Shown piece by piece: positions 24,631 through 38,400 of a stretch of 64,000 bases of DNA. Numbering within the stretch: the stretch's first letter is position 1; each line of letters opens with the position of its first letter. The position numbers were made by a program, and so were the translations under genes. The stretch covers positions 62,001 through 126,000 of the forward strand of contig QPGO01000146.1 of the NCBI GenBank assembly GCA_008632985.1, read 5' to 3'. The notes under the pieces were generated by a model. The model saw only the letters and a list, made by a program, of their open reading frames with translations, did no database searches and was not told the DNA's origin. This DNA comes from Psammoneis japonica (taxonomy: Eukaryota).

Positions 24631-26033
24631 ATCGTCACATCCATGCTCTCTTCGTCCATACCGCTGATTTCACTCAGTATGGATCTTGTGGAGACGTTAC
24701 CAATCTTTCTGGATAAGTCCGAAATGATAGAGTTATCGGCATCGGAAATCTTGGACAGTCCAGACATGACGGATCGTCGGCTCCCGCCACCAAACACTTC
24801 CGCCACAGAGGGCACCTTGGAGTGATTGTCTTTGCTTGGTTGCTCTAAAGACATGCTTGACATGAATGACCCCACTTCCGAGTACGACAGAGCATCGCCT
24901 AGACTCCGACCTGAAGTTTGAATTCGTCCACTCCCACTAAACTTCCCGGATGCGGGTCTCTCATACTTCATCTTTGCAAATACTCCACGGCGATCCACCT
25001 TGGCGGGTAATGTTTCAGATTCACTGTCACTGTCTTGAGGTGGAAACGGTCTTGGAGATGCTGCATCGCCTAGCTGCGAATTTATTCTGGATGCCGCATT
25101 ATTTGGATTAGATGCCGTGGGCGAGTCCATAAATGTGTTGGCATGCAGCAAGGTTTGTTGTGAGTCGCCCAAATCTCCTCCCCCGATTTGCAAGTCGCCT
25201 CGAGAATTGTTAAACGAGGTGTGCAATAACATTTGCTGTTCATCATCATCCAGCGATAATCGTTGCATGTATTCTGGCGAACTGATATCCCATGCTGGTC
25301 GACGCGGTGGCATATTATGACCGTGACCCATACCGCTCATACCGTGAAAACTACCGTCCGCTGGAGGCATGCATGCAACCGGTTGCGATGCGGACATGTG
25401 CTGTGATGGGTATGCACTCGGTTGGGACGCTGCCACAACAGCAGCGGCTGCTGCCGCTTGTTGAGATTCAAATGATGCAGAGCTGCCTCGTCCATGGTGA
25501 AAGTTGGGGTTGCTACCGGTGAATGCTCCCTGCGCCCCCGGAAATTGTGATTCCAACAGAGCCGCAGCTCCGGCTGCCCCACCACCCAGTTCCACTATTT
25601 TTTGTCTCAACTTGGGCTGTCCCTCTCTCAGAGCTTGTGACGTTTTCTCAACAGCTTTCTTATCGCCAATGTCATACCATGTGCCCTTCTCTGCATTCTT
25701 TTCGAGGAATCGTCCGTTTTGCTCTCGTATAGCACAAACAATAGATCTTGATATTTTGAGCTTCTCCGCTTTCAGACAGGTAATATACAGACCCTTATTC
25801 AAATGAACAAGTCTTCGGTAGGTTTGATTCCCAGGATGTCTTAGTGCTGCTCCTCCACGTCCGCACAAGACATCGGAATCGGATGGTTCTTCAATACCGG
25901 TTACGGGGAGATGTGGGTTGCTCAGCATGGGTGAAGCCTCTCCGACTCCATCTCCAGTATTTGATGGAACAGTATTTGGCTCCGCTTTATGTGTCGTCAT
26001 AATGTCCTGTAATTCTTGCATTGAAAGCGACAC
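24552..26033 (-). CDS. DUF6824-domain protein (diatom-expanded family); 5' end uncertain
   Basis: DVLCGRGG...HPGNQTYRRLV...KISRSIV...GRFL...WYDIGDKKAVEKTSQALRE signature followed by a long low-complexity tail. Confidence 0.8.
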   Translation of the reverse strand: MSLSMQELQDIMTTHKAEPNTVPSNTGDGVGEASPMLSNPHLPVTGIEEPSDSDVLCGRGGAALRHPGNQTYRRLVHLNKGLYITCLKAEKLKISRSIVCAIREQNGRFLEKNAEKGTWYDIGDKKAVEKTSQALREGQPKLRQKIVELGGGAAGAAALLESQFPGAQGAFTGSNPNFHHGRGSSASFESQQAAAAAAVVAASQPSAYPSQHMSASQPVACMPPADGSFHGMSGMGHGHNMPPRRPAWDISSPEYMQRLSLDDDEQQMLLHTSFNNSRGDLQIGGGDLGDSQQTLLHANTFMDSPTASNPNNAASRINSQLGDAASPRPFPPQDSDSESETLPAKVDRRGVFAKMKYERPASGKFSGSGRIQTSGRSLGDALSYSEVGSFMSSMSLEQPSKDNHSKVPSVAEVFGGGSRRSVMSGLSKISDADNSIISDLSRKIGNVSTRSILSEISGMDEESMDVTIDTRDFAAHMTTNDGVNSGERSPQDG

Positions 26034-26899
26034 CTACTCCTAGGCCACAGAGATGATTGTACAGCGACGGGTAAATCAACCTCTGATGAAAAGGTATGGT
26101 AGCTTCAGCGGGATGCACAAACTGCTTCAGAAAATATATTATCTGGTTGGAGTTAGCCACTTGGTGCTCTTACTCTCGATGATGGTCCTATGGAAGCCAG
26201 GACTCGTGATTGACATCAACTCGGAAGACACAAACAGCAACGACAGTATGTAACAGACATCCAAGACCCAAACAGATGAGGCATGAATCTGAGGGGGTGT
26301 GATGCAGGCTGGGGTCTGCGTGTCCTGAATAATTTTCTTTGCGAACAAATTGATAATCAACAAAAGCTAAAAACTCGACAACAGAAGAGATTCATTAAGT
26401 AATTCTAATCCAATATATATAAACCTGTATAAGGATTAATACCTACGATCGACCGGCGCAGGATCATTATGCCTCTGAATGACTTGTCTAAACGATTGGC
26501 ATTTACTGAGCCCCTTTTTACTTCTTAAGTGAATGAATAAATAGGGAATGCTCAGGGCGATGTTGGTCTTATCCACGTCATGAGGTGGTTGGAAAATGAC
26601 TGCATAGGGGCTATTGACATATTAATGACTCTCCAGCACGAATAAGTTTAAATCCAAATTGGGTCTTGTTAGGACACATGCGGTAGCGTTTTTCTGTCCT
26701 AAAGAATGTTGAGCATCCTACGTGGATGGGATTGAACAATTTGATCATTAACAGCCCACCCGCCTTTGTCATTTCGCTGCCTTGACAAATCGGCATGTCC
26801 ACTGTCATCAAAAAGTGAATGATGATGCATTGTGTTGCTGTGCAATCACAATCACACATTTCTCAGTGTGGTCCGATTTGATTGTACATTTTTCTACTC

Positions 26900-28150
26900 A
26901 GCTGTGTGTGCATTTTCACATGATGAGCTGCCCCCTGAGCAGATGCTGCTGCACAGCACACAGGGCAAAAAAATGGGACTCTGGAGGGCCTTGCAGATGG
27001 GTGGGGGGGATTCTCTCTTTTTTCCAGAACAGCAGTGGAGCCACTCACAAAGTCAAAGTGCTGCTTGGTGCTGGAGCTCAGATTTTCCCCAAGAAAGTGT
27101 GAGAAAAAATTGAGCTCCTCCCAGCAGGGTGCGCCCACACACCTTTGTGACTTGTTGCGCGCACAATGTGGTCAAAGCTGCAATGTTTGGTCACTCAACT
27201 TTGTTCACAACACATGCTCTGTTGCTCAAAAAACATTTGCACAATGCACTCTCCAAAGCACACACAGCACTGCAGCAATTGTCACCAAAATTGCTCAATG
27301 TGCCTCTCTGTGATGTTGCTGCAGTGCTTGCCCAAGCTGCTTGGCACAAAGCATGAGCATCATGATCCCTTCCAGCAAGCGGGCATTTGGTTTGTCATCA
27401 TCTTTTGGTTGGCTCTCCATGCAGGCTCTCAACAGAAAAAAAAGCCAGTTCATTTTGCTGGCTGGAGCCCCAAACATGTGCAGGCTGCCCTGGCTTCAAA
27501 ACAATCTGATCTTTTTCATGGCAAATGTTTGTTTTGTGCCCCCCACCTCAAACACACACCCAGACCAGCTTGAGCAACTCTGTTCCCTCCCACCTTGTTT
27601 TCCATCACAGCTTGAGCAGCAACTTTGTTCCTCCCCACCTTGTTTTCCATCGCACACCACCTTGGGGTGTGGCCAAATCTGGGGAGCCCCACTCCACATT
27701 CTCACAGTCTGTTTTTCATGAGCAGTCATCCACCCCAAACCATGGTGACAGGAGGCAAGCATGGCAAGAGAGCCCATCAGCTTTCAGCAATGCCAGGCCT
27801 CCCCAGCACTGGGTGCTCACCTTCCCCTCCTCCAGCATCTGATGCTGCATTTTTGCCTGCATTGGCATGTTCTCCTGCGCCAGCTCTTCCCCGAGCAGCT
27901 CCTGCTTGCTCCAAATTGCAAAGAAATGAACAACAAATCCCCTTGGCTTGTCATCCAGTCTCTGTCCGCTTCCTGCAAAATTGTTTTGCTGTGGATTTCG
28001 GCAAAGTTTTGGGTTTTGAGGGGAACATGGAAATCTCGCAGTCTCCGAGAGAACGCCCCTGTTTGCCACATGCTGAGCATTCGACAAGGTCAAAACAACA
28101 AGTCTCAGTGCTTTAGATCACTGCAACCTTGAGATTGGACATGTTCAAGG
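26900..28150. other. TpA-depleted hypermutated domain C
   Basis: Only one TA (TTAG near 28113) noticed in about 1.25 kb; contains a 2-copy 42/45-bp tandem repeat at 27566-27653. Confidence 0.8.
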
Positions 28151-29614
28151 GAACTATCATCGCCAGGCGCACTACATCCCGACGGTGTACGCACTCTTGT
28201 GCACCAGCCTTTTTTCAGCACCACTTGGAATGTGTGATGCGTGTTCCACCACAAAATAGGAGAGGTTCCTCGCCCAATCAATGGGGAAACTTCAATTCAG
28301 CAAGCCTGACGTTCAAGCCAGCTCGAGGGATTCGAGAAAGTCGCAGGCATCCGTGCCCAAGACTCAACTTTTTGTTTCAGTGCGCACCGAGCCTTGAGGA
28401 TGCCAGGCAATGGGAAGAGAGCTTTTGTCGTGGAAAGATGTTAATGGAGGAAAGGATGTCTTTTCGTAAACTCGGCAGCTTCAATGTTCCTCAAGTGTAT
28501 GAGCAACATGCAATGTCGAGAAAGACAGCTTTCACCTCTGAAATGTTGAGAACGATAAAAGTTGATCCTGTGAGAGAAAAGCGAAGAATGTGCTTCGAGG
28601 CGACACCGCACTTAGCGTTCCTAAAACTGCTGACGATGCAAGAGATTTTCTTTCTAAGACAATGAACCTCGACCTTCCGGAACTTCTCAAGGTTGTGTTT
28701 TTGTCAAAAGCATTCAAGAAGATTAAATTTTGTGAAACCACAGAGCCACCGTTTCCCCTCTTTGTCAATGTGGAAAGCTGTTCTTATGATGGCTGGGGGG
28801 ATCGTTTTAAGAAGAGTATCGATTTGACTAAGATCCGCAATTGTGCCTATTCTGGCGGGATGCGGATAAGTAACTATTCTGGTGCTGCCAGCTCCCCTTT
28901 TTGGCTTTTGTCGACGGTAGAGCTACAAGCACTCGGCCATTTTTCCGACGCGTTGTCGAGACATGCAGTAAATTATCCCGAGATAGTCAAACAACTTGTG
29001 TTCTTGCTTTCCTGTGATGACAAATGTCCACAGAAGCAGTATCTACTGAACCACTACCACTTCTGGAACTGTCCACAGAATATTGGCTCCGTTGACGAAC
29101 TGGCAGAAGTTGCGCGACGAAACGAAACAGATGACACGTGGCCCCCAGCGTGGGAAACAATGCAACCGAGGCAGCTCTTGAATGTTTTACGGAAGAACGA
29201 GCGGATGCGACACTTTGGACCACTCGAGACATATAGCCACTTGGACTTGCTGCCCGACGATGGGCAGCTCCAAGTTCTTCGGACAAATCATGAATTCTTG
29301 AAGCAGGTTCCGACCTAAAAAACTGTGCGGCATCCTATGTACGCCATGTGAGAAACAAGTGGCTTGTACTTGTGCTTCTAAGAGATGAAAGTGGAAAGCC
29401 TCTTGCTCTTGGTTCCCACCCCCTATTCGGATCATGGTCTGAGCGAGGATGGTCTCAAATATACGAGGCTTGCAACAAGCCCCCATCAAGTGAAGTCGTA
29501 GCAAAATTCACGCATTACTCAAGAATATTTCGACCATGGCATCGGGATGTATTCTCGAAACTGCATCTCTATCCGAATCGCCACGGTGAGTCATCTGGAG
29601 GGAAATTTGGGTAA
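28129..29614 (+). pseudogene. Interrupted ORF cluster of unknown function (longest piece 28590-29318)
   Basis: Three consecutive same-strand ORFs in different frames directly following domain C; no family recognised. Confidence 0.35.
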
Positions 29615-29856
29615 AGCGACGACTTGATCGAGTTGATGGATCGTACCAGAAAAAACGAGATGAGTCCGTTTTCTTGCAAAATGTTGAATGGCTCTTTTTC
29701 GTACCATGTTGGCTTTAAACAGACCATTTCTGAATGTGTTCTATCTTTCTTCCTTTCAATCGAAGGTCTTTGATGACGCTACTGTCGTGCACTCCGAGTA
29801 ATACCTTTGGAGTAGAATCATGCAACAGCATTGTAGTCATTGTTGATACAACACAA

Positions 29857-32136
29857 TCATTGGTTTTTCTTCTCACGTGACACCAAAGGCTTTTCATACT
29901 TCTTTCGTACTCGAAGGCCACTCGCTTCTACAGCTCCATGCGCCAGTGAACCAAACAGAAAAAGCAGCGGGAGAAGGTAAAGATTGTATTTGCGCATGAG
30001 AAAGGCAACGTTGCACCACCCATTACGTGACTGCGCACACTGATTCTTTGTCCCATGCTGACATAACTGTGTATACCCATGCGCGACCAGCTGCTTCTTG
30101 AGACCTAGTAGTCGGTCGTCATTGCCAATCTCAGCAAGATAGTATCGAGCGAACCGTCGGTACCAATACTTTTCTGGGAGCACAAAGATGCTTGTTGTGT
30201 TTGCAAACTCGGTACCGGGAATAGCTCGATTCCAATCAGTGTCCAATCGAGTAAAGTCATAATGATAGAGCTTGGCTCGAATCTTGACAAGGTTGCGTCC
30301 GCGTAGCTCTGGGTCTCCAACCAAGTTCTGGACCACCGCACAGCCATCTAGTAACTTTACTATAAGATTCAGGAACCAGGGATTTGCCTGTGGGGTTCCG
30401 AGTGCGGCAAACCACATTTGCCAGTCTAATCTGCATGCGTAGCGAGGGTTCAACGCCATTGCGAACATGAGCACGTATGTTACCAAAAAAAAATCATGAT
30501 ATGACTGTATGAGCACATACCTTGGTTGATGAGGAGCTACTTGCTGCGGCATGCGATACTCGTTTCCCGGCTTCCACCGAAAACTCAATTCAGCCCACTG
30601 TTCCTCTCCGTCAAACAAACCTTCCAAAATGATCTCTGGTCGATGTACTATGGACGGCGGTTGTCCTGCCCACCCTCCATCACCCCCTAAAGGTCCCACA
30701 CCGGTCATGTGTCGAAACAAGCCATAGCCATTAACCACCCGATAAGGTTGAAAACGTCGATAAATCGGAACAAAGAATCGCTTCAACCCCCAAAGACTAT
30801 CTTGTTGTAGAGAACGTGTCAATGAACAAAGCGGCAGCGCCGTTACACCAATTGCCACGAAACAGACCAGAGTATGAATCAACACAGCAAAGCGAGGACC
30901 CTTGTTATTGGTTGTTTTCTGGAAGCTTTTAGTCCCTTCCCACAGTACGTACAGCAAACATGCAACAATCACTCCTGGGAGAACTGCCTCCGATAGCGCA
31001 TCGCAGTCAGCCCTGGAGAGTTTCAAGGAAATGTTTAGATCATACCACCAGTTTTGTAATGGCACACGCTTCATTTCAAACATTCGCGGAAAGGATAGAA
31101 CGAAAAACATGCAAGTAGCGATTCGTTCGAGAGCAATCTGCGCTCGTGCCAACGAGTTTATCGAAGAGAAGATGAGTCAGAGTTTCTTGAGCGACTTTGA
31201 TCTCATAACACACGGTGATGTCGAACCAAGACGTACCGCTTTTCTACTCTGCTTGGATGCATCTAGTTCAAGGCATGCTAGGCAGAGCACAATGGTCAAT
31301 AAGTTGAAGAAATTGTAGTTGCCGGTCAGAATTATTACAATCTGGAGAAGAATCTGAAGAACGACTCCGATCCTCACCACTTGTACAAAAGGAGGTAAAA
31401 GCAACAATACCGCACCAGGTATTTCAATCCATAGAGTTGCTGCAACTGAAAATCGTAACAGAAAGGGATGCAGTTGATGGAAATGCCACGCAAGCGGAGC
31501 CGGAAGACATTGAGTGGCAAAGTGGTACTCGAGGGCCGTCAAGTTTCTCCAGGTTGGACATTCCGATTGAATCTTGACCACGCCACTCATGTACATGAGC
31601 TTGAAAAGAAGAAAACGAAGTGGCCATGCTCCCAAAGTAGTAGTACAAGAAGAAGAACCTTGGGGGCGTAGCCGTGCCCACGGTGCATAGCAGAGCGCCG
31701 TCAACGTCCCCGCTTCGACAAGGAGCGTATCCCACTGAAACGAATAGAATGTTCCACCAGCTCGAGTGAGCACACTGTAAACACTTGTCATTATAACAAA
31801 GAGTAGACCGTGCTGCATCCAGCCACTGGCGACTATGCATGATACAAGCATTCCAAGTAGAGCAGCAAGCTCACAGAAGGAATCCGCGTCGATGCGATTA
31901 GTCGCAATAAGATTTCGATGAATGGATGGAGTCGCAAAGGGCATTATTCTTCCGACAGGCTCTAGCCCCGAGGAGGATATTAGACCGGGAAATGAATTAT
32001 AGCAAGACCAAAACGCAATCAGGAAGATGGTTCCCATCGCTGACAACACGTTGACACGAAGAGAAGCCTCTTTTTTGCTTCCTCCTTCGCCACCCTGATT
32101 CGTCATCGACACAATATTACTACTCGCAGAGTCCAT
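29857..32136 (-). CDS. Lipase maturation factor family protein (LMF2-like), about 3 exons
   Basis: FYSFQWDTLLVEAG, RFLLFKLMYMSGVVK, WRNLTALEYHFATQCLP, TGNYNFFNLLT, NGYGLFRHMTG, RPEIILEG, APHQPR|LDWQMWFAAL. Confidence 0.9.
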
Positions 32137-32493
32137 CCTCAAATAAGGTTGGATTGACACGCCCCATCGAACTCTCAACCTCTTGCCTCTTCGATTGGCT
32201 GCGAATACCTGCGATGAGATCTTTTTCGGATCTCGTCTGGTCGTTGGTCGTCGTTTTTTTGCCGCCACTTTTCGTGCGATCTAAACACGACACAATTCGC
32301 GACCAACCGCACACGTCACAACGGATTTTCGAAATTTTCTCCTCATCGCACATCATGCGATGCATTATGATATCAGATATTGCACATCCAGAGGACTTCT
32401 GGCTTCTGTGACAAGTCTTAGCTATAGAAGTACTTCGAAGTAGTGCACAGATCGCCATACGGCGGGTGGCGGATTGTTGTTTCAACGTTCGTG

Positions 32494-33573
32494 ATGAGAA
32501 ATTCGAGAAGGATGTGGTCTCTCTTGCTGGCTTTTAACTCGTACTACAAGGTTCACTCGTTCCTTTACACAAACAGCAATAAGCTGGTGGGATTGCACTG
32601 TAGCAATAAGCCCGAGATACGGAGACTTCTTGCTCAAGACAGCGAAAGCAACAAAGAGCCACCACCAATAGTAAGCTATCAATCTCGGTCCACAGTGAAT
32701 CCAGATCCCACTTGTGACTTTCACCATGGATCTCAGGACCGTCAGAATCAACTGGATCAAGCTCTTTTCGACTTGGGCATCAATGCAACATCTGATCTGC
32801 TTTCAGACCCCCAACTCAAGGGTTCTACTGCACTGAGGACGTATAGCTCTTTTGTCTTACCCAAATCAAAAGGGGCTTTTGCCATGACACAGCAACCACA
32901 ACGAGCTTCTGTTGTGGCGAATCAAATTTCCTTTTTACTCCGAGAACACCGTTCTCATCAAGAATCGTGGTTACGAAATCACGATAAGAGTTTGCAAGAA
33001 GCACAAGAATTGTTTCAACAACAAGAACGACATCCAATCTCCATTTTGCTGGACGATGTTCGTTCGGCACACAATGTAGGCAACATATTGAGATTGGCCG
33101 AAGCGGCGCGTGTCAACAAGGTGTATCTGTGTGGATCCATGACACCGTCACCTCCTCATCCAAAGGTTTTAAAAACAGCATTGGGTGCAGCGGAATATGT
33201 TCCCATGGAAACCACCAAACGATCGACACTAGATACGGTTCGACAATTGCGACAAGAAGGCATTACAGTGTATGCTGTCGAAACTACGTCGCGATCGATA
33301 CCACTTTGGAAGGTGGATTTGTTTGGTAATTATCACAAAGACGATAGTATGGATGACTCCAGCATGGACAGAAGCAGCAAAGGCGTTGCTTTTGTGTTTG
33401 GCAACGAATTGGTAGGTGTCGACATACAAGTGCTGGAGGAGTGCGACGGAAGCATCATTGTTCCAATGCATGGGATCAAAAATAGCTTGAATGTGGCAAC
33501 GTGCGCGTCCGTTATAACTTGGGAAGCTCTGCGACAATGGGACCAATTTCGAGAAGGGAAGGATGGTTCATAG
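32494..33573 (+). CDS. SpoU/TrmH-family SPOUT RNA 2'-O-methyltransferase with N-terminal extension
   Basis: LLDDVRSAHNVGNILR, KTALGA, FVFGNELVG, IVPMHGIKNSLNVA. Confidence 0.9.
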   Translation: MRNSRRMWSLLLAFNSYYKVHSFLYTNSNKLVGLHCSNKPEIRRLLAQDSESNKEPPPIVSYQSRSTVNPDPTCDFHHGSQDRQNQLDQALFDLGINATSDLLSDPQLKGSTALRTYSSFVLPKSKGAFAMTQQPQRASVVANQISFLLREHRSHQESWLRNHDKSLQEAQELFQQQERHPISILLDDVRSAHNVGNILRLAEAARVNKVYLCGSMTPSPPHPKVLKTALGAAEYVPMETTKRSTLDTVRQLRQEGITVYAVETTSRSIPLWKVDLFGNYHKDDSMDDSSMDRSSKGVAFVFGNELVGVDIQVLEECDGSIIVPMHGIKNSLNVATCASVITWEALRQWDQFREGKDGS

Positions 33574-33661
33574 CTCTTAAAAGGTTCATTATTCAGCACT
33601 GAGAAATAAGAGAGTCTGCTACTACCAAGTATGATGCTAAAGATATCTAGCTTTTCACGTT

Positions 33662-36098
33662 CTATGATACCATGGCATCCGCCATGCCAGAGGGAACGAC
33701 GCATTCTCCTGCACTCGTACTCAAGGGTGAACCCTTGTATGTGGCAACACCTTTGTCATTCGTCTTGAGGTCGGGAAATATGTCATTCAACATCTTCTTC
33801 TTGTCAAGTTGATTGGGCGTAGACGGATCACCGGGAAATCCATCTACAAAAACCCGTTCACCTATTGCGGCATCCGGAGGTGGCTCGACAAATTCAACAG
33901 CCTTGCCATCCGCAGCGGACGCACACAAGACCATCCCATGGGACGGAAAGCCAACGAGCTTTCGAGATTTCAAATTCGCCAACACAAGTACCCTTCGTCC
34001 AATCAAGTCATCCAGTTGGTAGTGCGCTCGCAGTCCAGATGCAATCTGCCGCGGGGTATCCTCCCCAATGTCAATCTCTTCGCAAAACAGTCGTTCCGCC
34101 TCGTCGTGTTCCCAGGCTTTTGTAACGACCCCGACTCGAATGTCCAACCGAGACACGTCAACCTCGGCGCTCAGGTTGGCTTGCTGTTGCTGCTGCTTAT
34201 TCTTTTGTTTCTGCTTCTTTTGTTTCTCTTGCTTTTGCTTCTTTTGCTTTGCGGCCGCATCTTCGGGTACTTCAAACCGAGGAAAGACACTGGTAGGCTG
34301 CTGCATGGAAGCACCGGGAACAATTGGGCTGGTTTCCAAATGAGCAAATGTTCGCTCATCCTTTGGGACAGCAATTTGATCCAAAATTTTGTTGGCTGAC
34401 TCGGGGATGAGAGGCTGGTACAAAATGGCGGCATGCCGAATGACTTCCATCAAAACATAAAGAACAGTCGCCATACGATCTGTGTCAGTCTTTTTCAGCT
34501 GCCATGGCTCCATAACATCAATATATTTGTTGGCATCCCATACCAAGGAGATGATTGCTTGTGCATATTGATGAATAGCTTGGTTCGAGATCGCTTCAGA
34601 GGCTTTTTCTCGCAAAGCCTTGGCTGATGCTAACAGCGCTTCGTCCTCTTCTGTAAGCGGGCCCGGTTCTGGCACAGCTTGATTGCAATTCTTGTAGACA
34701 AGCGTGCACACTCGTTGGCAAATGTTTCCCAGTTCGTTTGAAAGATTCGCATTGCACTTGTAAATCATGGCCGTGTCTGAAAAGTCACCGTCGTTACCAA
34801 ACGGAACCTCCGCCATGAGAAAGAAACGAGTAGGATCCACGCCGTACTTGGCAACCAAATCAACTGGATCAATCACATTGCCCAAGGACTTGGAAATCTT
34901 TTCTCCTTCCTTAGTCCACCACCCATGCGCAAAGATTCGCTTGGGAACTGGCAAGTCGGCCGCCATTAAAAAGGCCGGCCAGTAGACGGCATGGAATCGA
35001 AGAATATCCTTTCCTACCAAATGAGCGGCAGCTGGCCAAAATTTGCAAAAGTTACCGTCCGGATCCTCACTGGGATAACCCAAGGCCGACATGTAATTTG
35101 CCAGAGCATCAATCCAAACGTACATGACGTGCTCCTCATCACCAGGGACAGGGACACCCCACGAAAAGGAAGTTCGGCTGACAGACAAATCTCTCAATCC
35201 GCCCTTGACAAAGGAAATCACTTCATTTCTTCGCGAGGTGGGAGCAATCAAGTCTGGTTGAGAATCGTACAACTCTAACAGCTTGTCCTCAAAGGCACTT
35301 AGTTTGAAGAAATAGGATTCTTCCTTTGCTACCCATTCCACGTCAGCACCTGTCGGGGCTTTTCCATCTACCAATTCCGACTCGTTGTAAAAGCATTCGT
35401 CACGAACCGAGTACCAACCCGAGTATGTCCCCTTGTAAATAAAACCCTTATCAACCAAGACTTTCCATAGATGCTGAACAACGTAATGAGGCAAGTTGTA
35501 ATGCGTGAGAAAAGGCTAAAGTCTAAGACAAGGAAACTCATGGCTATAATGTTCATCAGCGCCCAGCACGAATCTCGCATCGTTATCTTACCTGCACAGC
35601 CGCTTTGTGCTCTGCCGAAGTGGTTCGTACAAAGTAATCATTGGAAATATTCATCAAGTTCAGTAAATCACGAAACGTCTGGGATACTTCGTCGACAAAC
35701 TCTTGCGGATCGACACCCCGTTTGGCCGCCGACTGTTGCACTTTTTGTCCATGCTCGTCGGTCCCACTCAGAAAAAACACGTCTCGTCCGCTGAGTCGCA
35801 TAAAGCGGGCCAAGACATCGCAAGCGGTCGATGTGTAGGCGTGACCAATGTGGGGCTTGTCATTGACGTAGTAAATCGGAGTTGTAATTTGAAATGGTGA
35901 GACACCATCGTCAAACGACGTTGGGGTTGTACCCAGAATTGCGCTTGTATCCGTGGTGGTGGTGGTGGACGACCACTGCCGAGTAGAAGAAATTTTCGAA
36001 GAACGGGGACGAAGGGCCGAAAAGGAGGCTACAGGAACCATCCATCGGGTCGACGTTGTCGTGACGAGCAAGCAACGAAGTGCCATGGACAAATTCAT
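33662..36098 (-). CDS. Methionyl-tRNA synthetase, organellar type, with C-terminal tRNA-binding OB (EMAPII/Trbp111-like) domain; intron 35474-35591
   Basis: ITTPIYYVNDKPHIGH (HIGH), GTDEHGQK, YVWIDAL, GKDILRFH, KISKS (KMSKS); LDIRVG...RQIASGL...SHGMVLCA; N-terminal targeting-like peptide with ASF. Confidence 0.95.
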
Positions 36099-37286
36099 GC
36101 TACACTTTTGTGATTCCAAAGATTCTCACAAAGCTGGTAGGAAAAAATGAGCAAGAAAACTCGTAGCCGGCGACCTGAATGAAAAAGTTGAAGCAGAAAA
36201 CTAGATTCCTTGTCAATGGGAGAACGATACAAGCACAAAGTGTGCTTAAAGAGTATCGATAACAGTTTGTTAGCTGGTTGCGTTAACACAATGAATAATA
36301 GTACGTGCAGTGAGATAGGTTCGTTTTGCTCAGCTTTTGGACGACTGACGGTTGTCCTGCGTCAGTCCGAGCGCAAGACACCCGCGTGGACGTGCAGACA
36401 CAACATGATCCCGAACTACTACGCTACGGTAATCGGCACTCACGTCTCATGAACAAACACCGGCCGTTGAGAAACTACGCAATGATACTACTCATTGCAT
36501 GGCTACCAAATAGCACTACCTGTAGTCGTTTGCTACCGTTTGCTAGATTCTTGGGGACTTGGGGACTGAAAGTGTGCGAAGGAAGGAACCTGCTGCTTTG
36601 CAAAGCTCATCAAAGCAGCTCCACTCTCCAAGGTGTTTAAAGCAAACCTTTCTATCAAAAACATTGAGCTGTCACATATATTATAAATCTACAACATTAT
36701 GTTCCAATGATGAACGACTTTGATGTCAAAAAATGAACTCTCTAGAGAGAGAGTATACCGTAGCAGCGTAGACGCGACGACGTGTGGGGATGTCGGCATC
36801 AAGTTTTGGCGGGTGACGTCGCCAGCCAATCAGATTGGCGAATTCAAACATGGGAATCCGGGATCTCAAATAGTAACTGTTTGATAAGATACGTAGAATT
36901 GATACTAAAGACTACGTGTGACGTAGAGTTGATGCCCATTTCGTTCTCCATCTCCAACATTGACAGCCGGAGTTCGGGACTGTTAAGCAAAAGTTCAGAA
37001 CTTGACGTCATGTATTAAGTGATGAAATGCTTGCCCGAACCCTAATTCAACCGCCGATGTCAAGCTATCCGAACGCATTTTCAAAATCGTAGGACTCCGT
37101 AGAATTCTACAGCCATCAGTACGCACATCCGCAACCCTCCGATGAAAGCTCCGATGAAAACTGCGTAGAAATCTACGTGGTCGCCTTGCTGACAGCACTC
37201 ACAAATTGTTCTTTTGTTTTTCTCAACAGCGATCAACGCAAGTTGAACCTACTAAAACCACTTGTGATCGGCATTTGGCAAAAGCC

Positions 37287-38400
37287 ATGATGCAAGTTAG
37301 TGCTATAGACGATGAGAAGAATGTCTCATTGAGAGAGTCACCTCCGCCGTTCTCGTTGGACGGAGGCGCGGAGCTAAAAAACAACTCTGTAAACACAATT
37401 GAAGCAAGTCCGATTTTGGAGAAATCCTTAGATACCGAACACCGTGATGCTGCTCTTTTACTAGCTGTAGCGGCAATTGCCACCAAGGAAATCCATGTAG
37501 ATGGATCTCTGAATACCCAAGGGGCCAAGTCTCTCTCGGTCCCCAACATTTCAAAGTTTGAGGACGGTAAGAACCTACCGCTTACGCTCACACCCCGTCT
37601 CTCGAGTTTAGTCTCTGTATCAGAGATGGATTACGAAAGCGAGGGCCTAAGTCCTTCTACAACCGCCTTATCAGACGGCTGGAATAGAATCCGTGCCGTC
37701 TCCATGGACGAGGAGCGCAGCAACTCGCCGATTGTGGCGGTTGCTTCGTCGGGAGCCGCAATCGTGTCTCCCCTCAACTCCCCCGTTTCCTCCGCTCGAT
37801 CCATTCGTAAGCCTTCGGTGCGTGCATCCTGGACGACTCGTCGTAAGCGTGCAACAAGTACCGGCAGCAACGGATCATCATCGTCGTCGCGACGCCCTCT
37901 ACAGCCTCACGGGGTGCCTCCGGGCCATCCCGTCAAGACGATTCTTCGCAAAAAGTTTTCTTGGAAGAACTATCCCGAGGTAAGCACTCAATCGTGCGGA
38001 CGCGCCATCAAACAGTCTTGTATGAATACGAGTCTCACAGCCTTTTCTCTTCATCACTCCTCTTTGTTCAGCTCGAAGCCTTTTTGATTGCCAATCGCGA
38101 AGAGTATCTTCGTCACTCGGCTCTCAATTACACGGTCCAGCAAAAGCAGTACAACAATCGCCTCACCGAGCGTCTCCTGGAACTGGCCGCCGAACACGGG
38201 TACGTGTTTGACGAGGAGGCCTTTAGCTTTGTTACCGTGAGGGATCGAATTCGCTGTTACTTCAAGTCCTACGTCCATCGGCCAAGAAGCGGGGTGTCAT
38301 TATTGGGTATGCCGCTCGCAAGGCTGGTCTGCTGAGTCGCGATGAATTAACCAAGAGCTCCCATACGGCTGGACGAATTGTTTGCCCTAAAAGGCGCACT
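37287..38400 (+). CDS. Conserved-domain protein of unknown function (RKKFSWKxYPELE...LRHSALNYT family), paralogue 1; intron 37980-38071; apparent 1-bp deletion near 38278; end approximate
   Basis: ILRKKFSWKNYPE|LEAFLIANREEYLRHSALNYTVQQKQYNNRLTE...VRDRIRCYFKSYV, then SAKKRGVIIGYAARKAG in a shifted frame. Confidence 0.75.
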
